From positions 320,001 to 384,000 of the forward strand of contig CAXXVZ010000005.1 of the NCBI GenBank assembly GCA_963678065.2: a stretch of 64,000 nt of DNA, read 5' to 3'. Position numbers and translations under genes: made by a program. This stretch comes from Treponemataceae bacterium (GTDB lineage: Bacteria; Spirochaetota; Spirochaetia; Treponematales; Rectinemataceae). Positions 29,019-39,984 of the stretch are shown here, piece after piece; the first letter of the stretch is position 1; each line of letters opens with the position of its first letter. A model generated the notes under the pieces. The model saw only the letters and a program-made list of their open reading frames with translations, did no database searches and was not told the origin of the DNA.

Positions 29019-30482
29019 TCATTCATTTTCAAACAATTTTTTTTCAATTTCCCCGTACTGCCGATATTTGATGTCATATTGTGCTTTTTCTTCCTGGTCG
29101 GGAACATATCGATGCGCGATCGTGATCAGGTTTTGTGTCTGGGCCAACGTCGAATAGACTCCGGCGCCGAGCCCCGCGAGCATGGCCGCCCCCGCGCAGG
29201 CTGTCTCCGCCGTAGCCGGAACGCATACGGTCAAACCGGTGACGTTCGCTATTGTGCTGCACCATCGCGCGCTGTTGGCGCCGCCGCCGAACAGGCGCAA
29301 TTGCCGGATGACCGACTCGTCCTGCTGCATGACTTCGATATTATGTCGAATCTGAAACGCGATTCCTTCGAACAGGGCCAGAATCATCTCACCGGCCTTC
29401 GTATTCAGATGGATTCCGTAATAGCATCCGGCGGATTCGTCATACCAGTTTGGAGAACCCGAACCGGCGAGATGCGGATAGAAAAACAAATTGTCCGTTC
29501 TGGCGCCGACTGCCATTTCATTCAGATCGTCGTAGCTTTTATCCGCAAAGAAGGTCTGCCGCAACCACTTCAGCGAAGATGCCGCCGTACCGACTACGCC
29601 TTCCGTCACCCACTTTCCCTCCAGAAGATCGGCAAAACAGGGAATCCTCATCCTTTCGTCGAGCATCGGCTTGTCCCACTTTCTGGTGATGGCGGCCGCC
29701 GTGCCGAGAGAGATTGTAGCGATGCCGCTGGCGATGCCCGCCCCGAGGGCCGCGCATTTCTGGTCCTGTCCGCCGACGGAAATCACCACGTCGGCGCTCA
29801 ATCCGAGTTCTTTGGCCACCTGGGGGAGGATCAGGCCCGCCTCGCTTCCCGCCGCTACGACTCTCGGCAATTTCGCTTCGTCGATCCCGAAATGCTTGAT
29901 CAAGGATTGTGACCAGCGCCGCTCATTGATGTCGAACATCATTGTTCCCGAGGCCATGGTATGATCCGTCACGGCGCGGCCGCACAGTTTTGCGACGATG
30001 TAGTCATGAGCCATCAGAAAATATGAAGCCCCATCGAAGAGCCCGGAGTGGTGTTTTTTCAGCCACAGCATTTTCGGGAGCACGTACGCGGCGTCCGCCC
30101 TTTTTCCGGTGATTTCGTATAACTCCCTCTCGCTGAACCGCGTCAGAATTTCCGCCACTTCGGCGGTCGCTCGTGAGTCAAGCCAGCTGATCGCATTCAT
30201 CATCGGATCGAAATTCCGGTCGACAGGCAGAAAGGCGATACCCTGCGAACTGACGCCGAGGCCGACGACGCGGTCGCCTGAGTTTTTGCTTTTTTCGAGC
30301 GCCGAAACGATCGACCTCTTGACCAGCTCCCACCACAGAAATGCGTCCTGCTCGATCCGGATCGAAGAGAGAAAAATCAGCGGGGACTCGATGTATTCCT
30401 GCCCCAGCTCGCACAGGCTTTCATCGTAGACGATGCTGCGGACGCCCGTCGTACCCAGGTCGATGCCGATGAGCAGCTTCAT
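29019..30482 (-). CDS. FGGY carbohydrate kinase (xylulokinase-like)
   Basis: IGIDLGTT, SWLDSR, GGQDQ, FGGGANS. Confidence 0.92.
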   Translation of the reverse strand: MKLLIGIDLGTTGVRSIVYDESLCELGQEYIESPLIFLSSIRIEQDAFLWWELVKRSIVSALEKSKNSGDRVVGLGVSSQGIAFLPVDRNFDPMMNAISWLDSRATAEVAEILTRFSERELYEITGKRADAAYVLPKMLWLKKHHSGLFDGASYFLMAHDYIVAKLCGRAVTDHTMASGTMMFDINERRWSQSLIKHFGIDEAKLPRVVAAGSEAGLILPQVAKELGLSADVVISVGGQDQKCAALGAGIASGIATISLGTAAAITRKWDKPMLDERMRIPCFADLLEGKWVTEGVVGTAASSLKWLRQTFFADKSYDDLNEMAVGARTDNLFFYPHLAGSGSPNWYDESAGCYYGIHLNTKAGEMILALFEGIAFQIRHNIEVMQQDESVIRQLRLFGGGANSARWCSTIANVTGLTVCVPATAETACAGAAMLAGLGAGVYSTLAQTQNLITIAHRYVPDQEEKAQYDIKYRQYGEIEKKLFENE

Positions 30483-30487
30483 GGGTC

Positions 30488-31804
30488 TCACCTCTTTGCC
30501 AATTCCACGGCTTTGTCGACCAATCCATAGCCGAACTGTGCATCGAGGAGCGAAGTATCCGTCTCGTAACCACCTTCCTCCTGTGCTTTTTTCGTGTAGA
30601 CATAGCCGGGCAGGCAGCCATTGGCGAGCTCGTTGATGATGACAAGACCCGCGTCCACCCGACTCTTGATGTCGAGGCCGAATTCCATGAACACTTCGCC
30701 CGGCAGGCCGATGAGTTTCAGTTCTCCGATGCTGATCGCCTGCACTTCGGCCGGCTTCTCCGCTTCGAGAAGCTCGATCTTTCCGCCTTCTTGCAGCATG
30801 ATGACATAGCCCAGAAGGTCCTCGGCGCCGAGGAGTTTCAGATTCGCGTTCTGCACTTCCAGATAGGAGGCATTGCCTTCAAGTTTGTGCCGGTAGTCTG
30901 CTTCCGCTTCGCGGACACGCCCTTCCATAACCTGCCTCGCCGGCAAGCTGCGGACACCGATCGATATTTCTTCCGAAACGACCTTGATGCCAATGTCCCG
31001 GACAAACTTCAGCCCGCCGACAGCCGCGATGGCGGCGCTTCCGATCGTCCGGCCAACCCGTTCAGCTTCGTCGAAGGACTGCCCCTGTCTGAAATACCGC
31101 GTGCTCTGATCGCCCGATGTCCCCTGGGCGAAGAGCATGACGGCGGATGGAAATTTCTCTCCGATCGCCTTGCGGATGTAAGAGGGGTAATCCGCCGACA
31201 CGAGCGTTGAATCTTCATGAAGCACCGTGGGATGCAGGGCGTAGTTGACCAACACGGATCTGACCGTGCCGGACAGATCCCTCACCGCCACGACATAGGA
31301 ATACGGATCGCAGGGACCTTCCGGGTTTCTCCGGTTCCCGCCGATCCCCTGCTCTTTTCCGCAATATTCGCGGCCGAAGCCGATTTCCGCCTCGAAGGCC
31401 TTCGCCTTGGCCTCGATTATGATGCCGACTATCTTCCCGATGAGTCCGTCGACATATTCGGCGTCCTGCTCCACCCCTGCGAGGAGCGATTCGATATCCA
31501 GGCGGCCGGAAGCCCATGGCCCGGAATGCGTGTGGGAGCAACTTATCATGATGTTCGGGACGGGGATGCCGGTCAATTTCCGGACGCGTTCACGAACCGA
31601 CGAGACATGCTTTTTCGAGAAAAACAGAATATCCAGAGTTACGATGACAACCTCGGTCGTACCATGATTCAGATACAGGCAGCCCGCATACAGAGGATCA
31701 TGCGCTCCGGTATTGTGGCGGGAAAAATGCGGGTATCCGCCCAGCTCAAGTCCTTCCCGCGGTGTAATGTCGACGATAGCAGTACCGGCAGTCAGCCCCT
31801 TCAT
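30488..31804 (-). CDS. Neutral-ceramidase-like metal-dependent hydrolase
   Basis: DITP, HDPLYA, SCSHTHSGP, NYALHPT, SADYP, LPGEVF, GGYE. Confidence 0.82.
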   Translation of the reverse strand: MKGLTAGTAIVDITPREGLELGGYPHFSRHNTGAHDPLYAGCLYLNHGTTEVVIVTLDILFFSKKHVSSVRERVRKLTGIPVPNIMISCSHTHSGPWASGRLDIESLLAGVEQDAEYVDGLIGKIVGIIIEAKAKAFEAEIGFGREYCGKEQGIGGNRRNPEGPCDPYSYVVAVRDLSGTVRSVLVNYALHPTVLHEDSTLVSADYPSYIRKAIGEKFPSAVMLFAQGTSGDQSTRYFRQGQSFDEAERVGRTIGSAAIAAVGGLKFVRDIGIKVVSEEISIGVRSLPARQVMEGRVREAEADYRHKLEGNASYLEVQNANLKLLGAEDLLGYVIMLQEGGKIELLEAEKPAEVQAISIGELKLIGLPGEVFMEFGLDIKSRVDAGLVIINELANGCLPGYVYTKKAQEEGGYETDTSLLDAQFGYGLVDKAVELAKR

Positions 31805-31885
31805 CCTGAAACCTCCAATCCCGTAGGCGCTCCGCCATTGTCCTGTACCGGCGGCAATGGCGGCGACGCACTCGTCTGTCACATT

Positions 31886-32884
31886 TTACTTGAGCGAAGT
31901 TCCGACCTTGCGGGTGGCCTTGTCGAGATCCTTGAGGACTGAATCGACGTTTTCCTTGGTTACCAGGACCAGACCGGAGTCGTTTATCTTGTTGAACGAA
32001 TCTTTTCTGCCGCTGAGGTATTCGACACAGTAGCGAATCGACTCATAGCCCCGTTTGTAGAAATTCTGCGCCATGGTGCCCCAGATCTCTCCCTTCTTGA
32101 TCCCGTCCAGAGTCTCCTTGATGGGGTCGACGCCGAGGATCACGATTTTCCTGTTCTGTTCTTTCGCCACGGCGGCGGCGGCCTGGGCGCCTGTGCCTTC
32201 GAACAAAAGGACGCTGTCTATTTGCGGATACGCCCGGTAGGCGGCATCGAACTTTTCGGTCGCTGTCTGGAGGTTGGCATCATCCGACTCGACCAATGCT
32301 ACCTTCATTCCCGGGTACTTGGCCTTGATGCGGGATTCGAAGGCGTTTTTCGCCTCGACCTGATTCGAAATATCGAGTTTGGACATCATGATCATGACAT
32401 TCGCCTTGCCGTTCATTTTCTTGGCGAGCACATCGGCGGCATCGATACCATATTTGGTGTTGTCCGTACCGATGAAGGCGAAGAAAAGGTCCGCCGGCGG
32501 CATGTTGCTCGTGCAGGCGACCGGGATTCCGGCGTCTTTCGCCCTCTTGAGAGCGGCGTACATGGAAGCGTCCCAGGGTTCGGCCACGATGGCATCGGGC
32601 TTCATGGCTACCGCCAGATCGATGAACTCGATGGTTTTCTCGGCCAATCCGTTCGTGTCCGATGCGCCGATTATCTGGACATCGACGACGCTCGGGCCCA
32701 AATCCTTTACAGCCGCCTTCACTCCGTCATCCTGCTGATTATATACAGGGTGGCCGACGAGCGCGTTGACGAAGATGATTTTCAAGGGACGCTTCGCCGT
32801 TCCGGCAGACTGAGCCGTGGCGGATTGAGCGAAAAACACACATACCATGACCAATGCAATTGCCAAAGAAACCAGTTTCTTCAT
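31886..32884 (-). CDS. Monosaccharide (RbsB-type) ABC substrate-binding protein
   Basis: Signal peptide; FIGTDN, AQNFYKRGY. Confidence 0.9.
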   Translation of the reverse strand: MKKLVSLAIALVMVCVFFAQSATAQSAGTAKRPLKIIFVNALVGHPVYNQQDDGVKAAVKDLGPSVVDVQIIGASDTNGLAEKTIEFIDLAVAMKPDAIVAEPWDASMYAALKRAKDAGIPVACTSNMPPADLFFAFIGTDNTKYGIDAADVLAKKMNGKANVMIMMSKLDISNQVEAKNAFESRIKAKYPGMKVALVESDDANLQTATEKFDAAYRAYPQIDSVLLFEGTGAQAAAAVAKEQNRKIVILGVDPIKETLDGIKKGEIWGTMAQNFYKRGYESIRYCVEYLSGRKDSFNKINDSGLVLVTKENVDSVLKDLDKATRKVGTSLK

Positions 32885-33048
32885 TCCAGTGCCTCCTGTT
32901 TCCTGTTTCGGGTTGGAGAATTTTTGCCCAACCCACTGTGTTCAGATCGCATTCCACTCAGTTCGGTGCAATGAACCAGGCTTTCTTTCCTCCTTTTGCG
33001 AATTTCAATCGCCCCAAATGGACGCAGTCAATTGATTCACTTTCGGTT

Positions 33049-34560
33049 TCACGAAACGATGGCGCAGTGGAGAAGCTTCTCCTCATCGGCCTCGCCCCGC
33101 GCAAATTCCGCGCGGATTTTCCCGCCGCCGAGGACGACGAACCGGTCGCACATGCCGACCAATTCCGGCAGCTCGGAGGAAATCACGACAATGGCTTTCC
33201 CTTGCGCGGCAAGATCACACATGATCTCGTAGATCTGGGCCTTCGCCCCGACATCGATGCCCCGCGTCGGTTCATCGAGAAGGAGCACCTGGGGATCGGT
33301 CATCAGCCATTTGGCCAGGACCACCTTCTGCTGATTGCCGCCCGACAGGGCCGTTATGCCGTCTTTCTCGCTTCGCACCTTGATGCTTATTTTCGCTATA
33401 TACTCGAGAGCCTTGGTCTTTTCCCGGTGCCCGTTGACAAGGTATTTTTTCGAGATCTGATCGAGACTGGCGAGAGTGCAGTTTTCCGCCACATTCATCG
33501 ACGCGATAAATCCGTCTCGCTTACGGTCTTCGGTGAGCAGCGCGATTCCGTTGCCGATGGATTTCTTCGGGTTTTTGACCGGAATTTCCACGCCATTCAG
33601 GAACATTCTGCCACTCTTTTTTTCTATCGAGCCGAAAAGCGCATTGACCGTCTCGCTGCGGCCGGCGCCGACGAGGCCGACGAGGCCCAGGATTTCTCCC
33701 GCCCTTACGGAAAAACTCAGGTCTTCCACGATGAATTTGCTGGCCGCATGAGGATGCGCCACTGTCAGGTTCTCTACGCGGAACACTTCCGCGCCGATGG
33801 GAACTTCGCGTTTGGGATACATATTCGTGATCTTGCGGTTTACCATCTCCTCTATCGTCATCAGGATGGTGGTTTCGGACTTCAGGCGGGTGCTGATGTG
33901 TTGGCCGTCGCGCAATACCGTGATCCGGTCGGCGAGGTGCATGACTTCTTTCATTTTGTGGGTTATGTAGATGCACGATATGCCCTTGCTTTTGAGGAGA
34001 TTCAGTTTTTCGAAAAGAATCTCGACCTCGCGCTCAGTCAGGGCGCTCGTCGGTTCGTCGAGTACCAGTATCCCGGGATTCCGGGAGAGGGCCCGGGCGA
34101 TGGCGACCATCTGCTGCTGGCTGGTGGAAAGATTCCTGAGAGTCTCCTTAAGCGGCACATCCAATCCGACCATATCCGTGAAGGTCTTCGCCCTGCGGTA
34201 AATATCTTTCCAGCTCACGATCCCTTTCGCAGACGGCATCCGCCCGAGAAAAATATTCTCCGCGATGGACATATCGAGGTGCATACTGATTTCCTGATAT
34301 ATCATTTCGATGCCGGCCTTCTCGGCATCCGAGGGAGAAGAAAATTTCCGGGGAGTGCCCTTTACGATGATGCTGCCTTCATAGCTGCTGTGGTGGTAGC
34401 TGCCGCTCAAAATCTTCATGAGCGTCGATTTTCCTGCGCCGTTCTCGCCGACTATCGCCAGGATCTCGCCCGAAAGAAGATCGATCGATACGTTTTGCAA
34501 CGCGGCGACACCGCCGAAGTATTTGCTGACATTCTTCATTTCCAGTATGCATTCTTGCAT
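33049..34560 (-). CDS. Monosaccharide ABC ATPase (RbsA/XylG-type)
   Basis: [33 protein letters not shown]. Confidence 0.95.
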   Translation of the reverse strand: MQECILEMKNVSKYFGGVAALQNVSIDLLSGEILAIVGENGAGKSTLMKILSGSYHHSSYEGSIIVKGTPRKFSSPSDAEKAGIEMIYQEISMHLDMSIAENIFLGRMPSAKGIVSWKDIYRRAKTFTDMVGLDVPLKETLRNLSTSQQQMVAIARALSRNPGILVLDEPTSALTEREVEILFEKLNLLKSKGISCIYITHKMKEVMHLADRITVLRDGQHISTRLKSETTILMTIEEMVNRKITNMYPKREVPIGAEVFRVENLTVAHPHAASKFIVEDLSFSVRAGEILGLVGLVGAGRSETVNALFGSIEKKSGRMFLNGVEIPVKNPKKSIGNGIALLTEDRKRDGFIASMNVAENCTLASLDQISKKYLVNGHREKTKALEYIAKISIKVRSEKDGITALSGGNQQKVVLAKWLMTDPQVLLLDEPTRGIDVGAKAQIYEIMCDLAAQGKAIVVISSELPELVGMCDRFVVLGGGKIRAEFARGEADEEKLLHCAIVS

Positions 34561-34572
34561 TGTTCCGCTCCC

Positions 34573-35550
34573 TCACTTCTTCAGGCGATTGCGGATCTGG
34601 TCGAGCGAACAGGCGAGCAGCAATACGATTCCCAGGACCAGCTGCTGCCAGAACGGCGAAATCTTGACAAGGGTCATGCCGTTGGAGATGGTCGCCATGA
34701 ACAGCGATCCGAGAAAGGTTCCGACAATCGTGCCGACGCCACCTGCGAGGCTCGTTCCGCCGATCACGACGGCCGCGATCACCTGCATCTCATAGCCCAC
34801 GCCGACATTCGGCTGCGCGGAACCGAGACGGGAGGCTATGAGGATGCCGGAAAACGCGGCCAGCATGCTGATGAGGATGTAGACGCTGGCGCTTATTTTT
34901 TTGGTCGGAATTCCCGCAAGACGGGCTGTTTCGACGTTGCCTCCGACCGCGCAGATCATTCTCCCGTAGACTGTTTTCTTGAGTACGAATGCGGCGATCG
35001 CTCCTAGAAGGAGCGCGATCGCCACGACATACGGGAACTGGAATCCCGTTCCCGCAAAAAAGCTGCCCTGGCCGATCAGCGCGAACTTTTCGGGCAGAGG
35101 ATACACGGGCATCCCTTTCTGGACCCCGGTGACTATGCCCCGCGCAAGGTTCATGGTGCCGAGTGTCGCCAGCATCGGGGGAAGTCCTACTTTTTGCACA
35201 AAGAAACCGTTGATGCCGCCGAACAGGCCCCCCGTCACGACTGTCGCGATGATGACCGACAGAATGATGGGAACGCCATTGGTCATGAGAAGGCCGGCGA
35301 AGACCCCCGCGAAAGCGTATACCGGACCGACCGAGAGGTCGAAGGCCCCGGAGATGATCAGGAAGGTCATCCCGATCGCGGTGATGAATACGAAGGAGGC
35401 ATTCCGCAGAATGTTCATGACGTTCGCCGAGGAGAGAAAAACCGGGCTGTTGGCAGCGAAGAGCAGACACGCGAGGAGCAAGGGAATTATCACTCCAGCC
35501 TCGCGAACCCGTATCGCGAGGCCCAAGGAATTAGTCAAATTTTTCTTCAT
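34573..35550 (-). CDS. Monosaccharide ABC permease (RbsC-type)
   Basis: [30 protein letters not shown]. Confidence 0.95.
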   Translation of the reverse strand: MKKNLTNSLGLAIRVREAGVIIPLLLACLLFAANSPVFLSSANVMNILRNASFVFITAIGMTFLIISGAFDLSVGPVYAFAGVFAGLLMTNGVPIILSVIIATVVTGGLFGGINGFFVQKVGLPPMLATLGTMNLARGIVTGVQKGMPVYPLPEKFALIGQGSFFAGTGFQFPYVVAIALLLGAIAAFVLKKTVYGRMICAVGGNVETARLAGIPTKKISASVYILISMLAAFSGILIASRLGSAQPNVGVGYEMQVIAAVVIGGTSLAGGVGTIVGTFLGSLFMATISNGMTLVKISPFWQQLVLGIVLLLACSLDQIRNRLKK

Positions 35551-35577
35551 ATGGACACTCCTCCTGGCTTTTCTGCT

Positions 35578-36972
35578 TCAATCTCTGTCGAATCTTTCAC
35601 TTTCCAGACCAGGTATGTAGGCGCAGGCTTTTTCGAGCAGACCGGCGTGTCGACCGTAAATGCCGGAACAGTGGTGCACGTACGGTCCCACGATCAGCCG
35701 TCTTTCCCACCTCGGCCAGTTTTCGACCTCGTACCAGGTATAAACCTCCCGGGTTCCGGGACCGATCACGGCTCGCCCCTCACCGGCGCCCAGCACGTAT
35801 TTTCCGCCGCTCCCATCGAAGCGGCACACTGTCAGGTCTCCTTCTTTCAGATAGAACTGAAGCGAGGTGGCGGGCAAGCCTTTCAGAATCCATGGAGGCA
35901 GTATCCTGATTTTTTCGATGTCGGGATGTCTGTACGACAGGGGGGCGGAGGCGTGCCAGAGCAGGACCGCGTTGTCGTTTTCAGGATGCCGGATGGTGAA
36001 CTCGGGGAAAAATGAGGGCGAGCCGTCGCCTGCGGCGGCCTCGACCAGTATCGAGCTGAGGGCGCCGTGTATGTCGGTCTCCGCCGCAACAGGAATCCGC
36101 TCCTCGGCCAGCGCGAGGCCCAGGCCACAGCCCTCACCCATCGCCTCCTGTATCGAGCTGAAGCTCTGAAGCGCGAAAGCGTCGATCTTGTGCTTTTCGG
36201 CCATCTCGAACATCTCATCCTTGAGGGCGAGACTGTACAGCATTCCTTCATCGGGGATCTTGCCCGGATCTACAATGCTTTTCAGATCCGACAGAAGCGC
36301 CCGGTAGGTGACTTCATTCTTTTTCATCCGCGCTTTGAGCCGCTCGATGAGCTCGACCATGTCGAAGGGCATGACTTCGACGCCGAATTTCTTGAGAAGG
36401 TCGGCTTCGTCTATGATCGTCGACCAGAAAAAATCGATCCGCATGCCGATCTGCCCGACGCGCGCGGTCTTGAGCGCCTTGGCGACGCGCACCGCGCCGA
36501 TGAAATCGGTCATTCCGCTTGAGAATACGGGATCATCGACACGGCAATTTTCTATATAATCGTACTTGACCCCGAGCGTGTGGAGCACTTTGCTCGACGC
36601 GAAGCAGCCGCACAGGGAATCGCGCAGGCGTGAACCGTCCGCGAGAGGCGCGTCATCCCGCGGTCCCCAGAGCAGAGTGGGCAGGCCGAGCCGGCTGGCG
36701 ATGACGCCCACGACGGATTCGGTGCCAAAATTGCAGTGCGGGAGAAACAATGCGTCGATTCCGTTTCCCTGGAAATGGCGCAACACCATCCCGACATCGT
36801 CCTGATCCTTGATGATGCCGTCCGGCAATACACCTTCCAGATCGCATGTATCGATTCCGAGTTCCTTCAACTTCTTCAATACTTTGTTCTTCTGTACAAT
36901 CGCGTCCTCGTGAGAAAAAGCGAATTTTCCTATCGGACACACGCCGAGCTTGACCGGTTTCCTGCAGAACAT
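35578..36972 (-). CDS. L-fucose/L-arabinose isomerase-like protein
   Basis: HCNFGTE, RDSLCG, AETDIHGA, YVHHC. Confidence 0.82.
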   Translation of the reverse strand: MFCRKPVKLGVCPIGKFAFSHEDAIVQKNKVLKKLKELGIDTCDLEGVLPDGIIKDQDDVGMVLRHFQGNGIDALFLPHCNFGTESVVGVIASRLGLPTLLWGPRDDAPLADGSRLRDSLCGCFASSKVLHTLGVKYDYIENCRVDDPVFSSGMTDFIGAVRVAKALKTARVGQIGMRIDFFWSTIIDEADLLKKFGVEVMPFDMVELIERLKARMKKNEVTYRALLSDLKSIVDPGKIPDEGMLYSLALKDEMFEMAEKHKIDAFALQSFSSIQEAMGEGCGLGLALAEERIPVAAETDIHGALSSILVEAAAGDGSPSFFPEFTIRHPENDNAVLLWHASAPLSYRHPDIEKIRILPPWILKGLPATSLQFYLKEGDLTVCRFDGSGGKYVLGAGEGRAVIGPGTREVYTWYEVENWPRWERRLIVGPYVHHCSGIYGRHAGLLEKACAYIPGLESERFDRD

Positions 36973-37032
36973 GGTGTCGCCGCCTCCTCGAACGAACAGG
37001 ATAACCTGGTCGCCTCATACGGTTTATTCTTT

Positions 37033-37282
37033 TGTTCAATATTTGTTCAATTAAAAACATTGATTACATGAACAAATTGTGAATACATTTCATTTTTAAC
37101 ATGACTATCTACTGCCGTCAAGCAATTTTCAACAGAAAAATTATCAACATTTTTTGTGTTTTCAATTTTTTATATATTATACAAGTATTTACTTACCAAC
37201 AACAACAATTCAATGACTAAACTCTGTTTTTACAAAATTGAATTGTTTTTATATTGTTCATGAACATTCAATATGATATACT
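37033..37282. promoter_or_regulatory. AT-rich divergent control region with TGAACA boxes
   Basis: TGTTCA at 37033 and 37044, TGAACA 37069, TGAATA 37080, palindrome TGTTCATGAACA 37255. Plus promoter TTGTTC-N17-TATACT; minus -35 TTGACG at 37121. Confidence 0.6.
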
Positions 37283-37304
37283 ATGATTCAACAGAGGGGA
37301 TGTC

Positions 37305-38381
37305 ATGGATAATGTCACTTTGAGAGATATTGCCCGCGAAGCGGGAGTCGCCGCCAGCACGGTATCCTACGCACTGAGCGGCAAGGCCACACTGAATGAT
37401 GAAACCAGACAGCGCATTCTGCAGGTCGCCGACAGACTGGGTTACAAGCCCCGCGCGGCGAAACAGTCAGCGCCGGGGGAGGGCTCGACGCCGATAATCG
37501 CCATCCTGATCGGCGGAGGTCCCGGACAGCCGCCCCTGGACTACCATTTCCTCGGAGAGATACTCAGGGGAGCCACGGAGGCCGCGCAGGATTTCGGATT
37601 CCTCATCACCGTGCTCTACGAAAAGACGCGCAATCCGCTCTTCGATTTCGCCGCGCTCTGCCGGAATGGCACAGTAAAAGGCTTGCTCGTCACAGGACAG
37701 CATCGCTACGACGAAGTGCTGGAGAGCCTCATCGCGGAAGGGTTTCCGACCGTGCTGATGATGAAACCATCGCAGGCGGGAAGCCCTGTCTCCTCGATTA
37801 GCATCGACGACGAGCAGAGTGCCTTCCAGGCGACCGAGCACCTCATCATCCTCGGCCACACACGAATCGCCATGCTGCTCCCCGGCAGCACCGACCTCAT
37901 GTTCAGCTCGGCGCGCTACGCGGGATACCACCGCGCCCTCGACACCTACGGCATCCCTTTCGACAAAGATTTGGTCGTCGATGGAGGCCTCCTCGAAAAC
38001 CTCTCGGAGGAGGCGATGGGCAGGCTGCTCGCGCTGCCGAATCCCCCCTCGGCACTTTTCTCGGGAAACGATACGCAGGCCATCGGTGCGATGCGGGCCG
38101 CGCGCAAGCGCAACCTTGTCATTCCCGACGATCTTGCCCTGATCGGATTCGACGATTCGATGGCGGCCCGCTTCTGCGTGCCATCCCTCACGACCATGCA
38201 CGTTCCCGAATACCGCATGTCCTCGGAGGGCACCCGCATGCTCATCCGGAAGATACTCCGGCCCGGCATAGGCCCGGAATCGATCGTCATTCCGGCCGAA
38301 CTCGTGATCCGCGAGACCTGCGGCGTCCGCTCCGAGCGGCACTTCCCCGGCTCGAGCAATCGGACGCAGGCGGATGAGTGA
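37305..38381 (+). CDS. LacI family transcriptional regulator
   Basis: TLRDIAREAGVAASTVSYAL, IGFDD, LTT. Confidence 0.95.
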   Translation: MDNVTLRDIAREAGVAASTVSYALSGKATLNDETRQRILQVADRLGYKPRAAKQSAPGEGSTPIIAILIGGGPGQPPLDYHFLGEILRGATEAAQDFGFLITVLYEKTRNPLFDFAALCRNGTVKGLLVTGQHRYDEVLESLIAEGFPTVLMMKPSQAGSPVSSISIDDEQSAFQATEHLIILGHTRIAMLLPGSTDLMFSSARYAGYHRALDTYGIPFDKDLVVDGGLLENLSEEAMGRLLALPNPPSALFSGNDTQAIGAMRAARKRNLVIPDDLALIGFDDSMAARFCVPSLTTMHVPEYRMSSEGTRMLIRKILRPGIGPESIVIPAELVIRETCGVRSERHFPGSSNRTQADE

Positions 38382-38494
38382 GGGAGTTCATCAGACCGGT
38401 TTTATCGCAGTTCGGGAACCAGAGAAGATGATTCGGTTCCGTTGGTTTTTCATCCAGCACGTGCCAATCGATGTGTCGATAGTTTTGGAAAAGC

Positions 38495-39922
38495 TCAGAT
38501 TGACTGGTAAAACCCGCTTTGGGCCAAATCCACAATAACCGGAACCAATCCCTTCGATTTGATGAAGGATGCACCGGCTTCAGTTGTAATGGCCTGACTG
38601 TTTTTTCCGCACACATAGCCGTGATGCATGATGACTTTGCCGTTGACCAGACTCATGACAGGCTCCTGTTTTTCCAGGTTCAATACCGAGATATCTGCAT
38701 CTGAACCTAGCTGAAAATGCCCCTTCCGGGTAAGGCCAAGTATCCTGGCTGGATTATAACTGGTTTTTTGCACAAACTCTTTCAGGGTCAACGCCTGCAA
38801 TTTTACCAGAGCCAAACCCATGGAGACGATTACATTGCGTGGAATCCCTCCGCCATCGGTGCTGATGCAGTCGACAACAAATGCGCCAGTGGGGCGCTTG
38901 GCGACGGCCAATCGAATGCGCGGTTCCGGTGGATTCACCTTGAAACTGACTGTCGCGTCGGTACCATGTTCCCGCCAATAGGACACTGCCCGTTCACCGG
39001 TGGCCAACACCATCCGGTCCCCTTCCTCCATGTTGATGTGCGCCCAGCCAGATCGGAGCGCTTCTTCAAAACCGGATTCTGTCCTGGGAAAACCACCTAT
39101 GGACAGATTGGTCTGCGTCGCCAGACTTTCGGGAACTCCACGGGAACACTTGGCACTGGTTCCGTTCATGGGGGAAAGATACGATTCGGAACGAATGGCC
39201 GGGTTATTGGTCAAGGCGGTTACCGCTTCCTCAACCTCCGCCATATAAGGACGCCTGATGCCTCGAGTATAACTGTTTATATGGGCAATATGCAGGGAAT
39301 GACCATTGGCAAGCTCCACCGCCTCCAATAATCCGTCAATATTCGACCCGTTTCGCGAAGTGCCGCAATGAAACGCTATGTAAGCGCTGTTTTGGTTTAC
39401 GAGCTCGATCGCGCGCGCTGTCGCCTCCGGCGTCAGCGGATAATGCCCTCCCAATAGTTTGAGACCAATCGCCCCTTGCCTCAAACAGCGCTCCAGAAGT
39501 GACTGCAGTTCCTCATTCCCCGGATCGGTATCTTTCACTGTGTGCTCCGGCCGGACATACTCGATACTCGCTATGTTCAGTCCCGCACCATAGTTTCGTG
39601 CCAAATCCCAGACCCCCTCGACCGGCCCCGCCAAATCAAGGGCAGTTGTCACCCCGGCACAAGCCATCATTTTATGTCCATGGCGTCCGCCAAGCCAATC
39701 AGAAAAATGCGTATGAATATCAATGATTCCGGGTACGACGTGTTGCGCGGTTACATCAAAAACTTCGCGGGCAGTGGTCGGATCCATGTCGGCGGCGATT
39801 TCAACTATCTTTCCATCCATGATTCCAACGTCCAGCAGCTCTTCGAGATCGGTTGAATAATCGGCCACAGTGCCATTCTTCAGCAGAACATCGTACGTGC
39901 AGACCATGCCGGATTCCTCCAA
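38495..39922 (-). CDS. Amidohydrolase superfamily (dihydroorotase-like) protein
   Basis: PGIIDIHTH, ISTDGGG, NPARILGL, DADI. Confidence 0.85.
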   Translation of the reverse strand: MEESGMVCTYDVLLKNGTVADYSTDLEELLDVGIMDGKIVEIAADMDPTTAREVFDVTAQHVVPGIIDIHTHFSDWLGGRHGHKMMACAGVTTALDLAGPVEGVWDLARNYGAGLNIASIEYVRPEHTVKDTDPGNEELQSLLERCLRQGAIGLKLLGGHYPLTPEATARAIELVNQNSAYIAFHCGTSRNGSNIDGLLEAVELANGHSLHIAHINSYTRGIRRPYMAEVEEAVTALTNNPAIRSESYLSPMNGTSAKCSRGVPESLATQTNLSIGGFPRTESGFEEALRSGWAHINMEEGDRMVLATGERAVSYWREHGTDATVSFKVNPPEPRIRLAVAKRPTGAFVVDCISTDGGGIPRNVIVSMGLALVKLQALTLKEFVQKTSYNPARILGLTRKGHFQLGSDADISVLNLEKQEPVMSLVNGKVIMHHGYVCGKNSQAITTEAGASFIKSKGLVPVIVDLAQSGFYQSI

Positions 39923-39984
39923 TCGGCGTTTTCTTGGTTCATCCCGGTTTATTCCATGCTAAAATAATTATCAGACTTTCAATT

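Noticed and set aside
32884..33049. Intergenic region with an orphan AGGAGG and a GGGTTGG/CCAACCC hairpin as possible sRNA or leader peptide
   Set aside because: No properly spaced start codon or recognisable RNA family.
32854..35007. 717-aa plus-strand ORF
   Set aside because: Antisense shadow of the ABC ATPase/permease.
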